From Candidatus Aldehydirespirator sp. (lineage in GTDB: Bacteria; Actinomycetota; Acidimicrobiia; Acidimicrobiales; Aldehydirespiratoraceae): a stretch of DNA of 64,000 nt. Positions 1-8,800 of the stretch are shown here, piece by piece. The translations under genes and the position numbers were made by a program. The notes below the pieces were generated by a model that saw only the letters and a program-made list of their open reading frames with translations, was not told the origin of the DNA and did no database searches. Every line of letters starts with the position of its first letter. The first letter of the stretch is position 1. The stretch spans positions 2,390,901 through 2,454,900 of the forward strand of contig OZ244866.1 of NCBI GenBank assembly GCA_965221185.1, written 5' to 3'.

Positions 1-829
1 CACCGAGCAGGTGACCGTCCCGGTGGACCTGGTGGTGTGGCCCGAGGACGTCGTGCACCCCAGCCCGGACTCGGCCATCACGCCGGCGCGCTGCGACCAG
101 CCGCTGCTCACCGACCGCGAGGCCCGAGACGAGCTGTCAGATCTGGCCCGCGAGCTGGACACCGTGCTCATCGCCGGCTTCTTCGAGCGCAGCGATGACG
201 GCCGGTCCAACCTCAACTACGCCCTCGCCTTCCACCCCGACGGCACTGAGGGCGACCGCTACGACAAGGTCCAGCGCGTGCCCTTCGGCGAGTACGTGCC
301 GCTGCGCTCCCGCGTGGAGCGCTTCAGCGACGAGCTGCCGCCCCGGGATCTGCGGGCCGGGCCGTCGGACGAGCCTGCCACCGTCGAGACGCCGCTCGGC
401 CCGCTGGCTGTGTCCATCTCCTGGGAGATCTTCTTCGATCACCGGGCCCGCAGCGGGGTGGGTGACGGCGACGGCCAGATCGTGCTCAACCCCACCAACG
501 GGTCCAGCTACTGGCTGACGGTGGTGCAGTCCCAGCAGATCGCCTCCAGCCGCCTGAGGGCCATCGAGACGGACCGCTGGGTGGTCCAGGCCGCTCCCAC
601 CGGCTTCTCCGCGGTGATCGACCCCGACGGCAACGTGATCGAGCGGACCGGGATCTCCGAGAGCGGGGTCATCCAGACGACCGTGGAGCTGCGCCGCGGC
701 GATACGCTCGCGGTCCGGCTGGGGGCGTGGCCTGTGGCTGTGGCCGCAGTCCTGACGCTCTCGCTGGCGCTCGGCCGCGGCCGTGTGTTGCACAGATCCA
801 GAGGCCGAGCGGATAGGCGCAGTCGATGA
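1..829 (+). CDS. lnt: Apolipoprotein N-acyltransferase-like carbon-nitrogen hydrolase domain, C-terminal part (5' end outside window)
   Basis: The frame is open to the window edge. VVWPED (Glu) and YDKVQRVPFGEYVP (Lys) match the Lnt/CN-hydrolase pattern recalled from E. coli Lnt. There is a terminal hydrophobic helix AWPVAVAAVLTLSLAL. The position expected to be ICYE reads ISWE. Confidence 0.6.
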   Translation, partial: TEQVTVPVDLVVWPEDVVHPSPDSAITPARCDQPLLTDREARDELSDLARELDTVLIAGFFERSDDGRSNLNYALAFHPDGTEGDRYDKVQRVPFGEYVPLRSRVERFSDELPPRDLRAGPSDEPATVETPLGPLAVSISWEIFFDHRARSGVGDGDGQIVLNPTNGSSYWLTVVQSQQIASSRLRAIETDRWVVQAAPTGFSAVIDPDGNVIERTGISESGVIQTTVELRRGDTLAVRLGAWPVAVAAVLTLSLALGRGRVLHRSRGRADRRSR

Positions 830-858
830 CAAGCTTCCACCAGGGGCTTAGCGAGGCC

Positions 859-932
859 GTGGCCCGAGCGGCCCGTGAGCGCAGCGAACAAGAGCGGGAG
901 ACAGTGCGCCGCTCCGCGAGGCGGCGGCACCT
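859..932 (+). repeat. Copy of dispersed intergenic repeat (R part, 74 nt)
   Basis: GTGGCCCGAGCGGCCCGTGAGCG..GCGAACAAGAGCGGGA...GAGGCGGCGGCACCT aligns without gaps to 39289-39362 (roughly 85-90% identical by eye). Its 5' half resembles the 44-bp unit of the 62113-62552 array. Confidence 0.8.
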
Positions 933-973
933 GCCCGCGCCGCCGCTAGGGCCCGGGAGAAAGCTCTAGAGCC

Positions 974-2287
974 ATGCCCGCCCCCGCGGACCAGCACGCA
1001 CCGCTGCGCGTGGCCATGCTCGCCTACCGGGGAAAGCCCCATGTTGGCGGGCAGGGCGTGTACGTGAGCCGCCTGTCGGCCGCCCTCACCAACCTCGGCC
1101 ACCGAGTCACCGTGCTCGGCGGACCCCCCTACCCCGAACTCGACCCGCGCGTCTCGCTGGTGAAGCTCGGCGGGCTCGACATCTGGTCTCCGCCACATCC
1201 GATGCGCAAGCCCAGGGCCTGGGAACTGAAGGACTGGATCGACCTGGCCGAGCACGTGTCCTTCGTGACAGGCAACTTCAGCGAGCCGATGGCGTTCAGC
1301 CTGCGGGCGTGGCGGCATCTGCGCCGGCGCCGGGGCGAGTTCGACGTGGTCCACGACAACCAGACCCTGGGGTGGGGGATCCTGGCCATGCTGCGCCAGG
1401 GCTGGCCGCTGCTGGAGACCATCCACCATCCGATCACCGTGGACCGCCGCCTCGAGCTGGCCCACGCCCGCACCCTCGCAGAGCAGTTGGGCAAGCGCCG
1501 CTGGTATGCGTTCACCAAGATGCAGACCCAGGTGGCCAAGCGGCTGCCCCGGGTGCTGACCGTGTCGGAGTCGTCCAAGCGCGACATCTCCAACGACCAC
1601 TGCGTGCCGCCGGAGCGGATCCACGTGGTGCCCGTGGGCGTGGACCCGGAGCTGTTCGCGCCCAGGCCCGAAGTGGCCCGGGTGCCGGGCCGGCTGATAA
1701 CCACGGCCAGCGCCGACGTCACCATGAAGGGTCTCAGCTTCCTGCTGGAGGCGGCGGCCAAGTTGCGCACCGAGCGGCATGTGGAGCTGACCATCATCGG
1801 GAGGGCCAAGTCCGACTCCGCGGCCAGCCGGGCCATCTCGGAGCTGGGCCTCGCCGACGCGATCACGTTCGTCTCGGGAGTCTCCGACGACCGCATCGTG
1901 GAGCTCTACGCCGAGGCGGAGCTGGCTGTGGTGCCCTCGCTGTACGAGGGCTTCTCGCTGCCGGCCATAGAGGCCATGGCGTGCGGGGTGCCGCTGGTGG
2001 CCACCACCGGCGGGGCGCTGCCCGAGGTGGCCGGCACCCACGGCGAGACCTGCTTCTCGACCGAGCCCGGCGACGCCGAGGCGCTGGCCGCGGTGCTGCG
2101 GGACGCGCTGGACGATCCCGAGGCCCGGGCGCGGGTGGGCGACGCCGGGCGCCGGCGGGTCATCAACCAGTGGTCCTGGCGCCACACCGCGGAACGGACC
2201 GTCGAGCAGTACCGCTCCGTGATGGAGGATGCGGCGAGATCCGCCGCGGCGGGCAGCGCGGCCGGGGCTAGGGCGGCGGGACGCTGA
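974..2287 (+). CDS. GT4-family (group 1) glycosyltransferase
   Basis: 437-aa ORF. The N-terminus RVAMLAYRGKPHVGGQGVYV and the C-terminal PSLYEGFSLPAIEAMACGVPLVAT block are typical of GT-B group 1 transferases. Confidence 0.8.
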   Translation: MPAPADQHAPLRVAMLAYRGKPHVGGQGVYVSRLSAALTNLGHRVTVLGGPPYPELDPRVSLVKLGGLDIWSPPHPMRKPRAWELKDWIDLAEHVSFVTGNFSEPMAFSLRAWRHLRRRRGEFDVVHDNQTLGWGILAMLRQGWPLLETIHHPITVDRRLELAHARTLAEQLGKRRWYAFTKMQTQVAKRLPRVLTVSESSKRDISNDHCVPPERIHVVPVGVDPELFAPRPEVARVPGRLITTASADVTMKGLSFLLEAAAKLRTERHVELTIIGRAKSDSAASRAISELGLADAITFVSGVSDDRIVELYAEAELAVVPSLYEGFSLPAIEAMACGVPLVATTGGALPEVAGTHGETCFSTEPGDAEALAAVLRDALDDPEARARVGDAGRRRVINQWSWRHTAERTVEQYRSVMEDAARSAAAGSAAGARAAGR

Positions 2288-3066
2288 TGCTCACCGTCAA
2301 CTACGACCGACTCGACGTGCACGCCGGTGAGCGGCTGCTGGACCTGGGCTGCGGCTTCGGCCGCCACTCCTACGAGGCGCTCAAGCGGGGCGCTGAGGTC
2401 GTGGCCTGCGACCTGGCCCGCCCGGAGGTCGAGCAGGTTCGCAACCTGGCCCGGCTGCTCGTGGCCGAGGGCGAGTTGAACGAGTCGGTGATGGCCGCGC
2501 CGGTTCAGGGCGACGCGATCGGGCTGCCCTTCGACGATGACTCCTTCGACAAGGTGATCGCGTCGGAAGTCCTCGAGCACATCGACGACGACAAGTCAGC
2601 CTTCGCCGAGCTGGCCCGGGTCCTGCGCCCCGGAGGCCGGCTGGCCGTGACCATCCCGTCGTGGCTGCCCGAGACCGTGTGCTGGAAGCTGTCGAGCGAC
2701 TATCACGCACCGGCGGTGCCGGGGGGCCACGTGCGCATCTACCGCCGGCGAGACGTGAGTCGCAAGCTCGCGGCCGCGGGCCTGCGGCCGGGCCGCTGGC
2801 ACCGGGCCCACGCCCTGCACACGCCGTACTGGTGGCTGCGGTGCACGGTTGGCCCCAACCGCGACGTCAGCGAGAACCGGCTGGTAAGCGCCTACAACCG
2901 GGTGCTCGAATGGGACATCGTCAAGCAACCGTTCGTCACCTCGGCCGCGGAGAGACTGCTCAACCCGCTGCTGGGCAAGAGCCTCGTCGTGTACGCGGAC
3001 AAGCCAGTTCGGGTGTCGGGCTCGGCGCAAGCCCTCAGCAGTGAGGACATGGCTCATGCCGCCTGA
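2287..3066 (+). CDS. Class I SAM-dependent methyltransferase
   Basis: Motif I LLDLGCGFGRHS, followed by DDSFDKVIASEVLEHI and LRPGGRL. The ATG overlaps the upstream TGA by 1 nt. Confidence 0.8.
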   Translation: MLTVNYDRLDVHAGERLLDLGCGFGRHSYEALKRGAEVVACDLARPEVEQVRNLARLLVAEGELNESVMAAPVQGDAIGLPFDDDSFDKVIASEVLEHIDDDKSAFAELARVLRPGGRLAVTIPSWLPETVCWKLSSDYHAPAVPGGHVRIYRRRDVSRKLAAAGLRPGRWHRAHALHTPYWWLRCTVGPNRDVSENRLVSAYNRVLEWDIVKQPFVTSAAERLLNPLLGKSLVVYADKPVRVSGSAQALSSEDMAHAA

Positions 3067-4207
3067 ACCGCTCAGGCCCATGCGCACTCGCTCGGCCAAC
3101 GGGAAGGCGGCCGCGCCGACGGAGCCGCTCCGAGCGGCGCCGAAGACTCCGGAGGTCGCAGGGCTGCTGTCCCGATCCGACGCACACCTGACTGCCGACA
3201 CCATCGCCGTCTGCCAACTGCCCAGCGGCATGATCCCGCGTTTCGACGGAGGCGTGGCCGACCCATGGAACCACGTGGAGGCGGCCATGGCCCTGGCGGT
3301 GGCCGGACGCCGGGCGGAGGCCGAGGCCGCCTACGAGTGGCTGGCCCGAATCCAGCGACCCGACGGCTCGTGGCACCAGTACTACACCGCGGACGGGGTC
3401 GACCAGGACAAGCTCGACGCCAACACCGTCGCCTACGTCGCCACCGGCGTGTGGCATCACTGGCTGCGCTTCGGCGACGCCGGGTTCCTGGCCGAGATGT
3501 GGCCGGTGGTGCAGCGCGCCCTCGACTTCGTGCTCGCCTTGCAGACGCCCCGGGGCGAGATCTTGTGGGCCCGACACGCCGACGGCACCCCGTGGCCGTT
3601 CGCGCTGCTCACCGGATCGTCGTCGATCAGCCACAGCCTGCGGTGCGGCCTGGCCGCTGCCCATCAGGTGGGCGAGGAGCGGCCCAGCTGGGAGCTGGCC
3701 CTGGCCCGGCTGGTGCACACCATCCGCAATTTCGGCCATCAGGCGTTCGCGCCCAAGGATCGCTGGGCCATGGACTGGTACTACCCGGTGCTGGCTGGGG
3801 TGCTGCGCGGGGCCGAGGCCCGGGACCGTCTGGCGTCGCGGCGCGAGGTGTTCGTCCACGAGGGCGAGGGCGTGCGCTGCGTCGGCAACCAGGACTGGGT
3901 GACAACCGCCGAGACCTGCGAATGCGCCTTGGCCCATCTCGCGGCGGGCGACGGAGCCGCGGCCCTGGCGCTGTTCGAGTGGGCCCAGCGGCTGCGCGAG
4001 CCCGATGGCAGCTACCTGACCGGCCGGGCCTTTCCGGGCAACGTGAGCTATCCCGACCGGGAGCGCACCACCTACTCCGCGGCCGCGGTGCTGCTGGCCG
4101 CCGACGCGCTGGCCGGCGACAGCGAGACCTCGGGCCTGTTCACCGGCTGCGGCTCGCTGCCCGCCCCGCTCGATCTCGACCCGGTGGAGGAACCCGCCCG
4201 CGACTAG
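3041..4207 (+). CDS. Prenyltransferase / terpene-cyclase-fold (alpha-alpha toroid) protein
   Basis: Repeated aromatic/DGSW-type motifs (RPDGSWHQYY, EPDGSYLTG, RGEILWARH) as in squalene-cyclase/prenyltransferase repeats. The start is uncertain (alternative ATG at 3056). It is operonic with the GT and MT genes. Confidence 0.5.
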   Translation: MRTWLMPPEPLRPMRTRSANGKAAAPTEPLRAAPKTPEVAGLLSRSDAHLTADTIAVCQLPSGMIPRFDGGVADPWNHVEAAMALAVAGRRAEAEAAYEWLARIQRPDGSWHQYYTADGVDQDKLDANTVAYVATGVWHHWLRFGDAGFLAEMWPVVQRALDFVLALQTPRGEILWARHADGTPWPFALLTGSSSISHSLRCGLAAAHQVGEERPSWELALARLVHTIRNFGHQAFAPKDRWAMDWYYPVLAGVLRGAEARDRLASRREVFVHEGEGVRCVGNQDWVTTAETCECALAHLAAGDGAAALALFEWAQRLREPDGSYLTGRAFPGNVSYPDRERTTYSAAAVLLAADALAGDSETSGLFTGCGSLPAPLDLDPVEEPARD

Positions 4208-4348
4208 CGGCCGGTCAGCTGCGGTCCCCGGAGGCGCCGTAGTCGCCGAGGGGCTTGTCGCGCTCGGCGATCACTTGAGCCTTCGCTGGTGGGCACTGGC
4301 CTAGAGTCGGGCATCGACGGGCAGGGCTCGATCAGGAGGCAGGCAGCC

Positions 4349-5815
4349 ATGTGGCATGAGGAGCGGCTGCTTATCGACGGTGAGCTGGTGGAGGCCGCTG
4401 GCGGGGCTGTGTTCCCGACGATCAACCCGGCCACCGAGGAGGTGCTGGGGGTGGCTGCCGACGCCGGGCCCGACGCCGCTGAGGCTGCGGTGGCTGCCGC
4501 CCGCCGGGCCTTCGACACCACCGGCTGGTCCCGCGACCACGCCTATAGATCGCACTGCCTGCGCCAGTTGCACGAGGCGCTGGTCGGCTGCGTCGAGGAG
4601 ATGCGGGCCATGACCGTGGCCGAGGCGGGCGCGCCGATCATGCTCACCCGGGGCGGTCCCCAGCTGGAAGCTCCGGTGGAGATGGTGCGCTGGCACGCGG
4701 AGTTGCTCGACTCCTACCAGTGGAGCGAGGACTTGGGCGTGGCCGACTCGGTGTACGGCTCGCACCGGCGCTGGATCGAGCGGGAGGCGGCCGGCGTGGT
4801 GGGGGCTATCACCCCTTACAACTTCCCCACCCAGATCAACCTGGCCAAGCTGGCGCCCGCGCTGGCCGCGGGATGCACGGTGGTGCTCAAAGGGGCGCCC
4901 GACACGCCGTGGTCGGCGCTGGCCCTGGGGCGCCTGATCGCCGAGCGCACCGACATCCCTGCGGGGGTGGTGAACGTCCTGTCGGCGTCGGGCGCGGCCG
5001 TGGGCGAGGCGCTGACCACCCATCCGGGAGTGGACATGATCAGCTTCACCGGGTCCACGGCGGTGGGGCGGCGGGTGATGGCCGCGGCGTCGGCCACCGT
5101 CAAGAGGGTGTTCCTTGAGCTGGGCGGTAAGAGCGCCTACGTGGTGCTCGACGACGCCGATGTGGCGACGGTGGGGCTGATGGCCGCGGCCATGGTCTGC
5201 ACCCACGCCGGCCAGGGCTGCGCCATCACCACCCGCCTGCTGGTGCCGGCGGCCATGCACGACGCGGTGGTGGACGCGGTGGGAGCGACCCTCGACGGCA
5301 TGCCCTACGGCGACCCGAACGACGAGTCGCACTTGATGGGGCCGCTGATAAGCGACCGGCAGCGAGCCAAGGTGGAGGGCCTGGTGGCGACCGCGCGGTC
5401 CGAGGGCGCGGTGGTGGTGAGGGGCGGGCGCCGGCCCGAGCACCTTCGGAGGGGCTATTTCTACGAGCCGACGGTGCTGGTCGGCGTGGGCGAGGACGAC
5501 ACCATCGCCCAGCAGGAGGTCTTCGGCCCGGTGCTGTCGGTGATCGCCTACGACGGCGGCGACGACGAGGCGGTGCGCATCGCCAACAACTCGGTGTTCG
5601 GCCTGTCGGGCGCGGTGGCCAGCGCTGACGGTGAGCGGGCCCGGTCAGTGGCCCGGCGCATCCGCACCGGAACGGTGAGCGTGAACGGCGGCGTGTACTA
5701 CGGCCCCGACGCCCCCTTCGGCGGCTACAAGCAGTCGGGCATCGGCCGGGAGATGGGCCTGGCCGGGTTCGAGGAGTTCCTGGAGCTCAAGACCCTGGCC
5801 GAGCCCGCCGGCTGA
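4349..5815 (+). CDS. NAD(P)-dependent aldehyde dehydrogenase
   Basis: Motifs FTGSTAVGR, LELGGKSA and HAGQGCAITTR (catalytic Cys region). An AGGAGG lies 8 nt upstream of the ATG at 4349, so the first 20 codons of the tracked ORF are dropped. Confidence 0.85.
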   Translation: MWHEERLLIDGELVEAAGGAVFPTINPATEEVLGVAADAGPDAAEAAVAAARRAFDTTGWSRDHAYRSHCLRQLHEALVGCVEEMRAMTVAEAGAPIMLTRGGPQLEAPVEMVRWHAELLDSYQWSEDLGVADSVYGSHRRWIEREAAGVVGAITPYNFPTQINLAKLAPALAAGCTVVLKGAPDTPWSALALGRLIAERTDIPAGVVNVLSASGAAVGEALTTHPGVDMISFTGSTAVGRRVMAAASATVKRVFLELGGKSAYVVLDDADVATVGLMAAAMVCTHAGQGCAITTRLLVPAAMHDAVVDAVGATLDGMPYGDPNDESHLMGPLISDRQRAKVEGLVATARSEGAVVVRGGRRPEHLRRGYFYEPTVLVGVGEDDTIAQQEVFGPVLSVIAYDGGDDEAVRIANNSVFGLSGAVASADGERARSVARRIRTGTVSVNGGVYYGPDAPFGGYKQSGIGREMGLAGFEEFLELKTLAEPAG

Positions 5816-5877
5816 CCAACGTGTCTCACGAGTCTGCAACGCTGGCGGCGTGCCAGTGAGAAACGACGGTCGCTAAC

Positions 5878-8800
5878 TTGCAGAACACGTTCGTGACCGT
5901 GCTGGCAACCGTGATGGGGGCTCTGCTCGGAGCGGCGCTCGGCGGGCTGCCCGGATTCTTCATCGGTGGATTGCTCGGCTTCGTGGTCACCCGGGAGATG
6001 TCCCTGCGGGACCAGCGGCAGAGCCTCAAGGACGCCGAGGCGCGGCTGGCCCAGCTGCGGGCCTGGGCCACAGAGATGAAGGCCTGGTCCGAGCAGGCCT
6101 ACGCCCGGATGTCGAGCCTCGAGGACTCCGAAGAGTCCATGGATCCCCAGCCCGGCACCGACACCACCCCAGACACCGACACCATCCCAGACACCGACAC
6201 CCAGCAGGGAGTGCCTGCCCGGCCGGAACCGGTTCCCAGGCCAGTCGCCTCCGAACCGCAGGCGGCAGCGCGCGTCGACATCCCCGCCCCCGAGACGCCC
6301 GCTCCCCCCGATCCCGCGACCCGGGCACCCCACCCGGCCGAACCCACACCAGCCCAACCCACACCCACCGAAGCAACACCAGCCCAACCCACCCCAGCCG
6401 AACCCGCACCAGCTCGCGCCGAGGCGACCTGGGCTTCGGAACCGGTTTCGCCCACCGCCGCAGCCGGGTCATGGTCCGACGACGTCGATGCCGGCGAGCC
6501 CGCTCGCGGCGCGCCGCCGCGGCAGCCGCTCGCTCCCATCGCCCGGCTCGTCGGCGCAGCCAAGGAATGGATCACCACCGGCAACGCTCCGGTCAAGGTG
6601 GGGGTGCTGGTGTCGCTGATCGGGGTGGGGTTGCTGCTGCGAGAGGCCAGCCGGCGAGGCGTCGTCAACATCACGCTCGAGATGCGCCTCATCGCGGTGG
6701 CGCTGTTCGGGCTGGCGCTGCTGGCCATCGGCTGGCGGCTGCGGCGCAAGAACCCGGTCTACGGGGTCAGCCTCCAGGGCGGCGGTGTGGCCGTGCTGTA
6801 TCTCACGACCTACGCCTCCTTCGGGGTCTACGACGTGCTCCCAGTCGCTCCCGCGGCGGTGGCGGTGATCGCGGTGACGGTAGGCGCCGGACTCCTGTCC
6901 GTCACCCAGGACAGCCCACCCCTGGCGGTGCTCGGCATCATCGGCGGGTTCCTGGCCCCGGTGCTCACCTACACGAGCCCCCACGACCACGTTTGGGTGT
7001 TCGGCTTCTACGCCGTGCTGAGCGCGACCATCGTGGCCGTCGCCTGGTACAAGACCTGGCCCCTGCTGAACCTGCTGGGCCTCGGCTTCACGTTCGGGAT
7101 CGCGGCCTTCTGGCTGTGGCGTCGCTTCGACGAGGACAAGTGGGCCGACGTGCAGCCACTCATCGGGGTGCTGATCCTGCTGTACCTGGCCATACCGGTG
7201 TTGTTCGCCATCCGGGAGGCGCCCGATCTGAGGCGGCCGTCGACCGCGCCGCTGGTGTTCGGCACCCCCTTGTTGGGATTCGGCCTCCAGTACCTGGCCG
7301 TCGGCCACACCGACCACGGCATGGCGATCAGCGCGGCTGCCCTGGCGCTGGTGCATGGCGTGCTGGCGGCCGTCGCCCACAGGCTCGGCCGCGAGTGCCG
7401 CTCGCTGGCGGAGGCCAACGTCGGGCTCGGGATCACCTTCGCCGTGATCGCGGTGCCCTTGGCCTTCGACGCCCATCTGACGGCTGTCGTGTGGGCGGCC
7501 CAGGGCGGTCTGCTGGTGTGGATCGGCTGCCGGCGCATCCGGGTGCCGGCTGTGGTCGCGGGCGGTTTCCTGCAAGTGGTGGCCGCGGCGGTCTTTCTCC
7601 GGCACCTGCTGGAGTCCCTCCCCTACCCGCAGGATGCGCTGCCGGTCGCCAACGAGTTCTTCCTCGGCTCGGCAGTGCTGGCCGGAACCGGCCTGATGAC
7701 GGGTCGGATGGTCCACGGTCTGCGCGGCCGGGTTCGGGTGGACGCAGCTGTTCCGTGGATTGCGCTGGTGTGGGGCTCCAGTTGGTGGATCGCCAGCGGA
7801 CTCGCCGAGATCGGCTACCAGCTGACGGCGCATCGGCTGTCAGTGTCGCTGTGCTTCGTCGTGCTGTCCTTCGGTGCGGCTTCGCTGTTGGCCGACCGCG
7901 TCCGATGGCCCCACCTTCACGCCCTGGGGGTGGCCATCGGTCCGACGCTGTGGCTGGCCGCCCCGGTCTCGCTCATCAGCCAGGAGCTGCATCCGCTCGA
8001 CCGCTTCGGCTGGGCGGCCTGGCCCGTGTCGTTCGCCGTGTTCTACTGGTTCCTGCGGTCCGCCGAGCGCCGGTTCCTGCGGGCGGGGAAGGACCGGTTC
8101 CGGCTGCTGGCGGGGGTACTTCATGCCGGGGCTTACTGGCTGCTGGCCGTGCTGGCAGTCTCGGAGGTGTACTGGCAGATCGACAGGACGGCCGAGGACG
8201 TCTGGCTCATCGTGGCGCCGGCCGCGGCGGGAGCCGCACTCGCGGCCGCTGCGCTGCTGGGTGGCCGGTGGCTGCGATGGCCGCTGCTGGCCCACCGGAG
8301 CGTCTATTTGTCGGCCTGCGCCGGCCCAACGCTGCTGCTGGCCGGGGCGGCGGTGGCCGTGTCGTGCCTGGTGTCGGCGGCGGACCCGTCGCCTCTGCCC
8401 TATCTGCCTCTGCTGAACCCGCTGATCGTGCTGCTCGCCGCGCTGGCGTGGCTCGGGTCCCGGTGGGTGACGGCGGTGCGCCCGGAGTGGGAGGAGCCGA
8501 CGACGGGCGAGGGACCGCCGGTGCGGGCTCTGGCAATCGCCGCTGGCGGCGTCGCGGTGGCGACTATGGAATTGGCCCGCACCATCCACCATTGGTGGGA
8601 CGTGCCGTGGGACCCCGCGGCGCTGGTCGACTCGACGGCCTTCGGTGCGTCGCTGTCGATCCTGTGGACGCTGATCGCAGTGGCCGCGATGGTCGTGGGT
8701 GCCCGATCGGGGCGCCGGGCCGTTTGGGTGTGGGGCGGGTGGTGGATGGCCGTGGTCCTCGTGAAGCTGTTGGCCGTCGATCTCAACAACCTGACCGCGC

